This document shows positions 1 to 7,889 of a DNA stretch of 38,179 nucleotides, in pieces. The position numbers and the translations under genes are program-made. Each line of letters begins with the position of its first letter. The stretch's first letter is position 1. This DNA is from Chlamydiales bacterium. GTDB lineage: Bacteria; Chlamydiota; Chlamydiia; Chlamydiales; JAAKFR01. The notes beneath the pieces are model-generated. The model saw nothing but the letters and a program-made list of their open reading frames with translations. It ran no database searches and was not told where the DNA came from. The stretch covers positions 1-38,179 of the forward strand of contig JBJXGG010000016.1 in the NCBI GenBank assembly GCA_046153495.1. The letters run 5' to 3'.

Positions 1-107
1 TTAAAAATTTTAATTTTTTTTATAAAAAAGATTAATATGTATTCTATGAAATTTACGCTGATTGCAGGATCTTGCTCATAATTCGTCAAGATTAGACCCT
101 GCCAAGA

Positions 108-1148
108 CTAAACATGATCGAATTTATCGTAGGCAGTGCGAATTAACTCCTCGGTGGTCGCAAAGTCGAGACAGGGATCCGTAATAGAAATACCATATTG
201 CAAGTTGTCAGATAAAGGTTGATTGCCCCCAAATAAGTTGCTCTCTAGCATCAATCCTAAGATATTTGGGTTGCGCTCTTGTACCTGAGAGATCACGGAA
301 TGGAAAGCGGGGAGTTGTTCTTTCGCCTTCTTAAAACAGTTGTCATGGGAACAGTCGATAAGAATCTTTTGCGCCACTCCTGCTCGCGCACACTCTTGAG
401 CACTCAATTCAACATCTTTTGGGTGGTAGTTCGGGCGATTTTCACTGCCACGCAATACTAAATGACAGCTCGGATTGCCCTCTCCATATTTTCGCGTCAT
501 CTGTCCATCCTCTCCTAACCCCAAGTAAACATGAGAAGAGGCTGCAGAGACGATACCTTGGATAGGAATATCAACATTTCCCTCAATCGTATTCTTAAAA
601 CCGACAGGGAAAGGGAGTGAGGCAACGATTTGTCGATGAGGAGGAGAACTGCTCGTGCGTGCGCCAATACAACCCCAGGTGAGAAAATCTGCGTAGTAGG
701 GAAAAGTCGTTAACTCAAGAATCTCACTTCCCACAGGCAGTTCCATCTCACTGATTTGCGCAAGCAGCTTCCGTGTTTTACGCAATCCAGTCTCAATATC
801 ATAAGAGCCATCCAAATAAGGATCATAGAGAAAACCTTTCCACCCGATCGTTGTGCGCGGCTTCTCAAAGTAGGCGCGTAAAATCACAAAAAAACGCTTA
901 GAAACCTCTTCTGAGAGGCATTTTAGACGCACAGCATACTCAAGTAACGCTCTCTCATCATGCACCGAACAAGGGCCCACAATCAACACAAGACGATCAT
1001 CGATGCCACTCAGAATCGCCTCAAAATTTTTGCGGGCGTTGGCTACAAACTGGAAACTCTCATGTGTTTGAGGAATACCAAGAGCCATTTCCTCCGGTGA
1101 AGGAAACGAAAACGTGATCTCTTCAGGTGCATATGAAGTGGTGGTCAT
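108..1148 (-). CDS. aroG: 3-deoxy-7-phosphoheptulonate (DAHP) synthase, class I (AroF/G/H type)
   Basis: The maximal ORF runs to a GTG at 1190. The ATG at 1148 (MTTTSYAPEE...) fits the ~350-aa AroG-type N-terminus better and has a G-rich SD-like run upstream. Class I DAHP synthase motifs seen: VGPCSVHD, KPRTTIGWKGF, IGARTSSS, GFKN, VLRG, IDCSHDN. Confidence 0.9.
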   Translation of the reverse strand: MTTTSYAPEEITFSFPSPEEMALGIPQTHESFQFVANARKNFEAILSGIDDRLVLIVGPCSVHDERALLEYAVRLKCLSEEVSKRFFVILRAYFEKPRTTIGWKGFLYDPYLDGSYDIETGLRKTRKLLAQISEMELPVGSEILELTTFPYYADFLTWGCIGARTSSSPPHRQIVASLPFPVGFKNTIEGNVDIPIQGIVSAASSHVYLGLGEDGQMTRKYGEGNPSCHLVLRGSENRPNYHPKDVELSAQECARAGVAQKILIDCSHDNCFKKAKEQLPAFHSVISQVQERNPNILGLMLESNLFGGNQPLSDNLQYGISITDPCLDFATTEELIRTAYDKFDHV

Positions 1149-1314
1149 ACAGGGCCCCCACGGTAGCAGAAAAGAGATTTTTCTAGCCACAGCTATGCAT
1201 TAATAGCCCTGATAGTCTAAGTTTATAAAAATAAAATTTTAAACAATTTTTTTATAACCTCTTGTTCAGCTTGACTTTTTGACCAAGGAAGAGGTAAAAT
1301 TTTCTTGGTATATC

Positions 1315-2691
1315 ATGGAAAGTCTAATATTTTGGTTTGAGAAAATTGATAGCTGGATCTGGCAGCCCCTATTTGTCATTTTGATAGGGGTGGGGATCTA
1401 CCTCACCATTCAGCTCCGCGGCCTACAGTTTCGTAAGTTAGGCTATGCTCTTAAGCTGGCCTTCTCTCGTCACGATCATACAGCTGCGGGTGATATTTCG
1501 CATTTTCAGGCTTTAATGACCGCTTTAGCGGCGACGATTGGGATAGGGAATATTGCGGGTATTGCTACGGCTATCACGTTGGGGGGATTAGGCTCCCTGT
1601 TTTGGCTTTGGGTGACCACTCTGATTGGGATGTCGACCAAGTATGCGGAGGCTCTTTTGGCGATCAAATACCGTTCAACTGATGAACGGGGAAACATGTC
1701 GGGTGGACCTATGTTCTATATTCGGCGTGGCCTGAACTGGAAATGGATGGCAGGAGCCTTTGCCTTTTTTGGTGCTATTGCGACAATCATGACAGGAAAT
1801 ATGGTCCAGTCGAACTCCATCGCCTCTGTTGCTTCTACCTACTTACACCTCAATGAGTGGGTTAGTGGAGCGATTCTTGCGGTCTGTACAGGGTTGGTAT
1901 TGATTGGAGGGATCTGTTCGATTGGCAAGGTAACTTCGTTTTTGGTACCCATTATGGCCCTTCTCTATATTGGAGGTGCGATCTTTGTGCTGGGCTTCCA
2001 TTTTACTGCGATTCCTGAAGCATTGATGACGATCTTTCGTTCTGCCTTCACTGGCCAAGCGGCGATGGGAGGATTTGTTGGCTCTACCATCATGATGGCT
2101 CTCCAGATGGGCGTGGCACGTGGGGTTTTTTCCAATGAATCGGGTTTGGGCAGTGCCCCGATTGCAGCGGCAGCGGCCAAGACAGACTATCCAAGTAGGC
2201 AAGCTTTAGTCTCGATGACAGGCGCCTTTCTCTCAACAATTGTGTGTACTTTTACGGGACTGGCCATTGCTGTTACGCATGTGCTGGGCTATATAGGAAG
2301 TAATGGACGTATTCTAACGGGGTCTCAATTGACAGCTTTGGCCTTTGATAAGGGATTTCCCTTGGGGGGCCTTGTCGTTGTGCTTAGCTGTCTCTTGTTC
2401 GGCTTTTCTACAATTGTTGGTTGGGCTTATTATGGCGAGAAGTGTTCGGAATATCTCTTTGGTGCTCGCTCCGTTCCTTTTTATCGACTTCTCTTCACTC
2501 TTGCAGTCTTCTTTGGTGTGATGGTTCCTATGGAAATCATGTGGCCTGTAGCCGACATTGCCAATGCTTTTATGGCTCTTCCTAATCTAATAGCGCTTTT
2601 AGCTCTCTCCTCGGTCGTAGTAAAAGAAACCAAACTCTTTTTCAGAAAAATAGAAGAAGAGAAAAATTTGACGATTTCTCCTTCCGTTTAG
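1315..2691 (+). CDS. agcS: alanine/glycine:cation (sodium) symporter, AGCS family
   Basis: The ORF opens at TTG 1279. I take the first ATG at 1315 (MESLIFWFEKID...) as the start. It is a polytopic membrane protein. GDISHFQALMTALAATIGIGNIAGIATAI and FSNESGLGSAPIAAAAA are typical of the AGCS family (TC 2.A.25). Confidence 0.88.
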   Translation: MESLIFWFEKIDSWIWQPLFVILIGVGIYLTIQLRGLQFRKLGYALKLAFSRHDHTAAGDISHFQALMTALAATIGIGNIAGIATAITLGGLGSLFWLWVTTLIGMSTKYAEALLAIKYRSTDERGNMSGGPMFYIRRGLNWKWMAGAFAFFGAIATIMTGNMVQSNSIASVASTYLHLNEWVSGAILAVCTGLVLIGGICSIGKVTSFLVPIMALLYIGGAIFVLGFHFTAIPEALMTIFRSAFTGQAAMGGFVGSTIMMALQMGVARGVFSNESGLGSAPIAAAAAKTDYPSRQALVSMTGAFLSTIVCTFTGLAIAVTHVLGYIGSNGRILTGSQLTALAFDKGFPLGGLVVVLSCLLFGFSTIVGWAYYGEKCSEYLFGARSVPFYRLLFTLAVFFGVMVPMEIMWPVADIANAFMALPNLIALLALSSVVVKETKLFFRKIEEEKNLTISPSV

Positions 2692-2700
2692 TAATAGGCG

Positions 2701-2820
2701 TTATACCATTCGCGAAAAATATACCCATTCCACCTCAAGATTTGAAATTTCGGCAACGCGAAAGTTCCCGAGATCCCAAATCTTGAGGTGGAATGGGTAT
2801 ATTTTTTGCTCTTGGTATTA
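2701..2820. repeat. 120-nt palindromic element (family B): 44-nt arms with a perfect 30-bp core and a 32-nt loop; possible agcS terminator
   Basis: Left core 2715-2744 (AAAAATATACCCATTCCACCTCAAGATTTG) is the exact reverse complement of 2777-2806. The outer arms extend imperfectly to 2701 and 2820 (39/44). The right arm ends in a T6 run, 10 nt after the agcS stop. The left arm plus loop recurs at 4871-4920. Confidence 0.85.
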
Positions 2821-2935
2821 TAGTCGATTAAGTTGAGCTACTGCACTCTAAAATTCAAAATATAGTGCATTAAATTTTCATCTACCTTATAAAGGATCTT
2901 TTCTTATAACTGTTCAGGAAGGAGAACATGAGCTA

Positions 2936-2967
2936 AAAATTCAGATACTTACACGCATCTGAATTTT
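2936..2967 (+). promoter_or_regulatory. perfect 11-bp stem / 10-nt loop hairpin in the leader region of the MOMP-like operon
   Basis: AAAATTCAGAT (2936-2946) and ATCTGAATTTT (2957-2967) are exact reverse complements. The hairpin lies 41 nt upstream of the ATG at 3008. A strong SD plus an ATG-AGC-TAA mini-ORF (2916-2936) precedes it. Confidence 0.3.
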
Positions 2968-3007
2968 CAGCCGTGACACTTCTCCTGCATAGTTACTTGA
3001 GGTGGAT

Positions 3008-3853
3008 ATGAAGAAGATACTTTTTTTGCTTTTTGTACCCTTTCAGTTGTTTGGGTTACCGGTGAATAATCCTAAAGTGGCCTCTCTTGCTTGCGAAGGG
3101 ATCTTTTTTGACTCTTGTGGTTATACTCCAGCAACTTGTTGCGATATCCTTAACGTCCGCGTTGGGTACTATGGCGACTTTACATTTAACAACTATATGC
3201 AGTTAGCAGATCAAGATGGTTCGATTCGTCGTACCCAAATCTATACCAATGCAGGCGAGATCGATTTTAATTTTTGGGACCGTTTTGAAATCTATGGTGT
3301 TTTGGGAGCGACTAATATTTTGGTGCAAGCTCCTTTGGTCAATTTTTGGCGTGCAGGAACTTTTTCGAACTCTCTTATTAACATTCAGTCAGAGAGTTAC
3401 TTTTCTTGGAGTGTTGGGGTGCGCGGCACTATCTGGGAGTGTGGTCGCTTCACACTAGGCGCGGAAGGGCAATATTTTGCAACGAATCCTGGCATCAAAT
3501 TTGTCGAAGACGACTTTAATAGCGTGTCGCGCTATGTCAATGGAGAGTCTCTCAACTACAGCTCTTGGCAAGGCGCTTTGGGAATCACATATTTAATTCC
3601 TCTCACCTCCTGTTTCGATTTCTACCCCTATTTAGGAGGAGTGTATGAGGGAGCGCGTCTTAAGATGGACGGCTACCAGGTAGTATTAGATAATGCTGGT
3701 TTAACGATTCAACTCTATGATTTGAAGAAAGAGCGGCATTGGGGCTACGTAGTAGGGGGCACTCTGTTAGGGGGCGAGCGAGTCATGATTACAACAGAGG
3801 GGAGGTTTGCTTATGAAACGGCTCTCTTCTTCTCTATACAAATGAGGTTATAA
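3008..3853 (+). CDS. MOMP-like cysteine-containing outer membrane porin (short form)
   Basis: Signal peptide MKKILFLLFVPFQLFG, then LPVNNPKVASL...CCDILNVRVGYYGDFTFNNYM. This parallels the chlamydial MOMP N-terminus (LPVGNPAEPSL...WCDAISMRxGYYGDFVFDRVL). The sequence has an alternating beta-strand character and 6 Cys. GAGGTGG SD lies before the ATG at 3008; the ORF opens at GTG 3002. Confidence 0.85.
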   Translation: MKKILFLLFVPFQLFGLPVNNPKVASLACEGIFFDSCGYTPATCCDILNVRVGYYGDFTFNNYMQLADQDGSIRRTQIYTNAGEIDFNFWDRFEIYGVLGATNILVQAPLVNFWRAGTFSNSLINIQSESYFSWSVGVRGTIWECGRFTLGAEGQYFATNPGIKFVEDDFNSVSRYVNGESLNYSSWQGALGITYLIPLTSCFDFYPYLGGVYEGARLKMDGYQVVLDNAGLTIQLYDLKKERHWGYVVGGTLLGGERVMITTEGRFAYETALFFSIQMRL

Positions 3854-4689
3854 TGAAAAAAAGCATGATCTTAGCATTTCTACTTTCGACGACAACGGCG
3901 TTTACTCTTCCTCTGAATAATCCCACACAAGCGTCGTTGATTTCCGAGGGAATCTTTTCTGACCCTTCCTGTGATAAATGGTTCGACTTTTGCAACCTAT
4001 TTGAAGTGCGCACTGGCTTTTACGGAGATTACATATTTAATACGCACATGAAGGTCAAAAGTAGCGATGCAACGATCAGTGTACTTTCTGTGAACACCAG
4101 TGCTGGCATTATTGGTGTGAATGTCTGCAACGTACTCGATATTTATGGAGTTTTAGGCGCTGCTAAAATCAAGCTGGAGACTACATCGTTAGTGATCAGA
4201 CAGGCAGGAAATTCTCTGCTTACTGATCAATTCTTTGTCACGGACAGCCGTTTTGCCTGGTCTGTGGGAGCAAGAGCCTCTATTTTTGAGGCGTGCGGAT
4301 TTGATATAGGACTAGAAGGGCAATACTACTCAACGCGTCCTCATCTCAACATCGGCCATAATCCCATCAGGTACTTTAACGACGTCTCGATGAAGTACCG
4401 CTCTTGGCAGGTAGGCCTTGGACTCGCTTACGCTATTCCCATCACGGAGTGTTTCGGTTTTTCTCCCTATGTAGGAGTATTTTGGCTTGATTCCCGTCTT
4501 TCCACCGGTAACTACACTTACCGCGTGCCAGGAGTGCAAACGCGGCGACTCTATGATCTACAAAAAGACGGCCAGGTGGGTTGGGCCTTTGGAACGACTT
4601 TGATCGGAGGGCAACATGTCACTATCACAGCTGAGGGACGCTGGATAGGGGAGTCGGCGGTCTTCGTGACAGGGGAAATACAGTTTTAA
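3853..4689 (+). CDS. MOMP-like cysteine-containing outer membrane porin, tandem paralog
   Basis: The start overlaps the upstream stop (TAATG). Signal peptide, then LPLNNPTQASL...FCNLFEVRTGFYGDYIFNTHM. It has a C-terminal Phe (GEIQF), as in outer membrane beta-barrels. By eye it is about 35-40% identical to the upstream gene. Confidence 0.85.
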   Translation: MKKSMILAFLLSTTTAFTLPLNNPTQASLISEGIFSDPSCDKWFDFCNLFEVRTGFYGDYIFNTHMKVKSSDATISVLSVNTSAGIIGVNVCNVLDIYGVLGAAKIKLETTSLVIRQAGNSLLTDQFFVTDSRFAWSVGARASIFEACGFDIGLEGQYYSTRPHLNIGHNPIRYFNDVSMKYRSWQVGLGLAYAIPITECFGFSPYVGVFWLDSRLSTGNYTYRVPGVQTRRLYDLQKDGQVGWAFGTTLIGGQHVTITAEGRWIGESAVFVTGEIQF

Positions 4690-4754
4690 CCTGAGTTTTG
4701 GGTTATTCTCCCTCATCCTCAGGGAGTTTTCTGGCCGCTCTGGCAATTTTTTGC
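4688..4754 (+). repeat. family A interspersed repeat unit, diverged copy; left arm of a head-to-head pair
   Basis: AACCTGAGTTTTGGGTT...GGCAATTTTTTGC. Roughly 80% identical to 28920-28988 with a 2-nt indel. The TAA stop of the upstream porin gene (4687-4689) overlaps the first two bases of the unit. Confidence 0.85.
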
Positions 4755-4782
4755 TCGATAATAGCGCCTTCGTATGATCTTC

Positions 4783-4851
4783 GCAAAAAATTGTCAGATC
4801 ATCTCAGAAAACTCCTCTGATTACGAGGAAGCACAATCCAAAACTCAGGTT
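4783..4851 (-). repeat. family A interspersed repeat unit, inverted copy; right arm of the head-to-head pair
   Basis: The reverse complement of 4783-4851 matches 28920-28988 at 65 of 69 positions in a hand alignment. Confidence 0.9.
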
Positions 4852-4870
4852 TTTAATGGCCAATTCTGTT

Positions 4871-4920
4871 ATACTCATTTCACCTCAAATTTGGTTTTCG
4901 GCAATGCGAAAGTTCCCGCG
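4871..4920 (+). repeat. partial copy of the family B element (left arm plus loop only)
   Basis: ATACTCATTTCACCTCAAATTTGGTTTTCGGCAATGCGAAAGTTCCCG aligns to 2721-2770 at roughly 85% identity with small indels. No matching right arm follows. Confidence 0.7.
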
Positions 4921-4937
4921 ATTGATCGTAAGAGGCC

Positions 4938-4972
4938 CAATATTAGAAATATAGCCGATATTTCTAATATTG
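4938..4972 (-). terminator. perfect 15-bp stem / 5-nt loop hairpin just downstream of the valS stop
   Basis: CAATATTAGAAATAT-AGCCG-ATATTTCTAATATTG. It lies 11 nt beyond the valS stop (4983-4985). The stem is AT-rich and no clean U-tract follows on the minus strand, so the terminator role is tentative. Confidence 0.3.
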
Positions 4973-4982
4973 AACGTAGGGA

Positions 4983-7760
4983 TCAGCGGCGTAATTTTTG
5001 CTCTAAGGTGGCGAGCTCTTGTTCCAATTGAGAGAGAGTAGCTCTCTTTTTAGCAATCAGATCGGGATGAGCCTTGTCTAGAAAGTCGGCGTTAGTAAGA
5101 AGGTTCTTCAGGCTCTCAATTGTTGCCGTCGTTTTCTCTTGCTCCTTGGCAAGACGTTCCCTCTCTTTGAGAGCCAAACTGTCAGGTAGCGGAATGCTCA
5201 ACGTAATTCCTCCCACAACCCCCGTTGCCGCAAAATTGAAAGAGGGGAGCTTGTCTACAAGCTCTACTTTTTCACTCTTTATCATCGCACGAATAATCAC
5301 AGCGTGCTCCTCTTGTGCGCCGACTAAGTAGACGTCAGTAGCAAGCTGAGAGGGGATCTTCATCTCACCCCGAATATTCCGTATCGTATAGACCAACTCT
5401 TCCGCTATAGCAAACTGCTCTTCAATCTTCTCATCCAAATCGTCAGCACGGATCAGCTCTGGGTAGGGAGCAACAACGCAAGCTTTAGCACGCAAAGCTT
5501 CTACCGTTACCTTCGTATAAGGATCCTTTCCTCCTTCCAGATTGGGGAAAGTCTGTTTTAAATGTTGGAAGAGCTCTTCTGTGATGAAAGGACACATCGG
5601 ATGCATCAGCCGTAACATATTACAGAGTACTACGATTAAGATCTTTTGTTTATTGCTCTTGAGAAATTCATTGCCCTCTTTACCAGCAAGCACAGGCTTG
5701 GCGATCTCGACATAATAGGCGCAGAACTCTTTCCAAAAAAAGTTATAAGAGAGGTGGGCGGCAGATTCAAAGTTGTAGTTGGTTAGGCAAGCGTTCACAT
5801 TGGTATTGAGTCGGTTGAGGGCCGATAAGATCCATCGATCTTCCAAGGTTAATATGTGGAAGTTGATCCCTTTGCAGAACTCTTCAGAGGTGAGCCCCTC
5901 CAAGTTCATGAAGACAAAGCGCGCTCCATTCCACATTTTATTAGCGAAGTTTTTGAACTCTTCGAAGCGGCGTCTATCTAGGTCGATTTGCGGGGATTGA
6001 TTTGCACTTGCACAAAGACTCATCCGAACAGCATCGGTTCCATACTCCTCGATCATTTCGAGAGGATCGATGACATTTCCCTTAGACTTGGAAAGCTTTT
6101 CCCATTTTGAGTGTACTCCTTTCGGAATCGGCTTTCCCATATCATAGTCACGCCGCTCTTGACCCGTCACATAGGTGATACCGCCCTCCGCACTCTCTTT
6201 CCAGTAAGACTTTCCATAGATAAGACCATGAAGGAAAGTCTCTGGAAAGGGAACCTCTCCCGTAGCCTCCTCTCCCATCAAAATCATCCGTGCGACCCAG
6301 AAAAAGAGAATGTCATGCCCCGTTACGAGCACACTATTTGGATAGAATTTTTCCAATAAAGGAGTTTTTGCAGGCCAACCTAGTGTACTAAAAGGCCACA
6401 GAGCAGAGCTAAACCAAGTGTCGAGCACATCTTTCTCTTGAATCCAGCTATCGGGATCCGCCGCTACCTCTTTTGGCACGCCCTCCTCGCCATGGCAAAT
6501 CATCTCATCAGGATTCTCTCTGTTATACCAAATGGGAATCCGGTGTCCCCACCAAAGCTGCCGACTGATACACCAATCCCGTAAATTATCGATCCAGTGG
6601 AGATAAGTCTGTTTCCAGCTAGAGGGCAGGATCTTCACCTCAGTCTCTTGAAGCTTCTTCTTGAAAGGCTCCATTTTCAAAAACCACTGCTTAGAGAGGT
6701 AAGGCTCAATCACCGCTTTAGAACGATACGAGACACCGACCCTATGGATATATCGCTGACGTTTCATAAGCAGCCCTCTGCTCTCCATAGCAGCGACAAT
6801 TTTTTGACGCGCCTCTTCCCGACTCATCCCTTGGAAAGGGCCGCCATTCTCATTGATTCGCCCATCCGGTGTGAGAATATTGATCATAGGGAGATTGTAA
6901 TCGAGACCCATTCGATAGTCGTTAGGATCATGGGCTGGTGTGACCTTTACCATCCCCGTTCCAAAATCGGGATCGACATGACGATCGGCGATGATGGGGA
7001 TCTCGCGCTCGATGAGAGGAAGCCGCACCTTTTGTCCCACCAAGTGAGCATAGCGCTCATCTCTAGGGGAGACAGCAATAGCTGTATCACCCAACATCGT
7101 CTCAGGGCGAGTTGTAGCAATCTCCACATAGCCAGAGTCATTTGCCAAATGATAGCGGAAATACCAGAGAAAGCCATCGCGCTCCTCATACTCCACCTCA
7201 TCGTCCGCCAAAGCCGTCTCTGTGACCGGATCCCAATTGACCAAATAGTCGCCGCGATAAATCAATCCCTTATCGAAAAGGCGTTTAAACAAAGAGCGCA
7301 CAGCAAAGTTACATCCCTCATCCATGGTGAAGCGGAGTCTAGACCAATCGCAAGAACAACCTATCTTGCGTAGTTGCGATAAAATCGTTTTTTCGCGCTC
7401 CTCCTTCCACACCCAAATATGAGCTAAAAACTCCTCGCGAGAGTATTCACTACGCCGCTTTTTCTCCGTAGCCATTAAATGTCTTTCGACGACCGTCTGC
7501 GTAGCAATCCCCGCATGATCCGTCCCAGGTACCCAAAGAGTCTCATACCCCCTCATGCGCATCCAACGTGCCAAAATATCTTGCAAAGTACTCACCAAAG
7601 CGTGTCCCATATGCAACACTCCTGTCACATTAGGTGGCGGCATCACCATGGAAAAAGGGGGTTTAGAAGAGGCTGGGTTCGCCTCAAAAAAATGGTTGCT
7701 CTCCCAAAAATCGCCCCATTTGGCATCAGTCTCTTTTGGATCGTAAGCTTTAGGTAACAT
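4983..7760 (-). CDS. valS: valine--tRNA ligase
   Basis: HIGH-type motif (PPNVTGVLHMGHAL), KMSKS-type motif (KLSKSKGN), an editing-domain-sized insertion and a C-terminal coiled coil. The maximal ORF starts at TTG 7781. The ATG at 7760 (MLPKAYDPKETDAKW...) matches the usual ValRS N-terminus. Confidence 0.95.
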   Translation of the reverse strand: MLPKAYDPKETDAKWGDFWESNHFFEANPASSKPPFSMVMPPPNVTGVLHMGHALVSTLQDILARWMRMRGYETLWVPGTDHAGIATQTVVERHLMATEKKRRSEYSREEFLAHIWVWKEEREKTILSQLRKIGCSCDWSRLRFTMDEGCNFAVRSLFKRLFDKGLIYRGDYLVNWDPVTETALADDEVEYEERDGFLWYFRYHLANDSGYVEIATTRPETMLGDTAIAVSPRDERYAHLVGQKVRLPLIEREIPIIADRHVDPDFGTGMVKVTPAHDPNDYRMGLDYNLPMINILTPDGRINENGGPFQGMSREEARQKIVAAMESRGLLMKRQRYIHRVGVSYRSKAVIEPYLSKQWFLKMEPFKKKLQETEVKILPSSWKQTYLHWIDNLRDWCISRQLWWGHRIPIWYNRENPDEMICHGEEGVPKEVAADPDSWIQEKDVLDTWFSSALWPFSTLGWPAKTPLLEKFYPNSVLVTGHDILFFWVARMILMGEEATGEVPFPETFLHGLIYGKSYWKESAEGGITYVTGQERRDYDMGKPIPKGVHSKWEKLSKSKGNVIDPLEMIEEYGTDAVRMSLCASANQSPQIDLDRRRFEEFKNFANKMWNGARFVFMNLEGLTSEEFCKGINFHILTLEDRWILSALNRLNTNVNACLTNYNFESAAHLSYNFFWKEFCAYYVEIAKPVLAGKEGNEFLKSNKQKILIVVLCNMLRLMHPMCPFITEELFQHLKQTFPNLEGGKDPYTKVTVEALRAKACVVAPYPELIRADDLDEKIEEQFAIAEELVYTIRNIRGEMKIPSQLATDVYLVGAQEEHAVIIRAMIKSEKVELVDKLPSFNFAATGVVGGITLSIPLPDSLALKERERLAKEQEKTTATIESLKNLLTNADFLDKAHPDLIAKKRATLSQLEQELATLEQKLRR

Positions 7761-7889
7761 AGGGGAGCTACTATACTGCAATCCTCACTGCAAGTCAATA
7801 ATGGGCGCGCTGTGATAAGGCAAGACAATCATCCGAGTCTTCGGTTCTCTTTTCCCGATACTCGAATGGTATCAATTGAATCGATTATA

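Noticed and set aside
1271-1300. Sigma-70-like promoter TTGACT-18 nt-TAAAAT upstream of agcS
   Set aside because: It would place the transcription start only ~8 nt before the ATG at 1315, leaving no room for an SD, and it lies inside the alternative TTG-initiated ORF. It cannot be supported without 5' end data.
2818-2831. Exact 14-nt match TTAATCGACTATAA between the reverse complement of 2818-2831 and 34872-34885, plus a TCGACTATA direct repeat at 34837/34876. This hinted at extra family B termini.
   Set aside because: For a 38-kb window read on both strands, several exact 14-mers are expected by chance (about N^2/4^14, more with AT bias). The flanks diverge quickly, so this is not enough to call a repeat copy.
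4774-5031. 85-aa ORF (+) sharing the peptide AKNCQIISENSSDYEE with the 83-aa ORF at 28809-29060 (-), which could look like a conserved small-protein family
   Set aside because: The shared peptide is just the translation of the family A repeat unit. Both ORFs are built from intergenic repeats, overlap neighbouring gene ends or terminators, and have no SD. I treat them as artefacts of the repeat.
6597-7373. Long antisense shadow ORFs inside well-supported genes: 6597-7373 in valS, 10266-10718 in pknD, 16713-17273 in uvrA, 18601-19050 in pyk, 21653-22222 in the lpxL-like gene, 26274-26756 across folP/cydA, and 31515-32039 in phoH2
   Set aside because: Each lies fully antisense to, or across the boundary of, a gene with strong family motifs. 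Their composition is low-complexity and Arg/Ser/Leu-rich, as is typical of opposite-strand frames. No independent start signals were seen.
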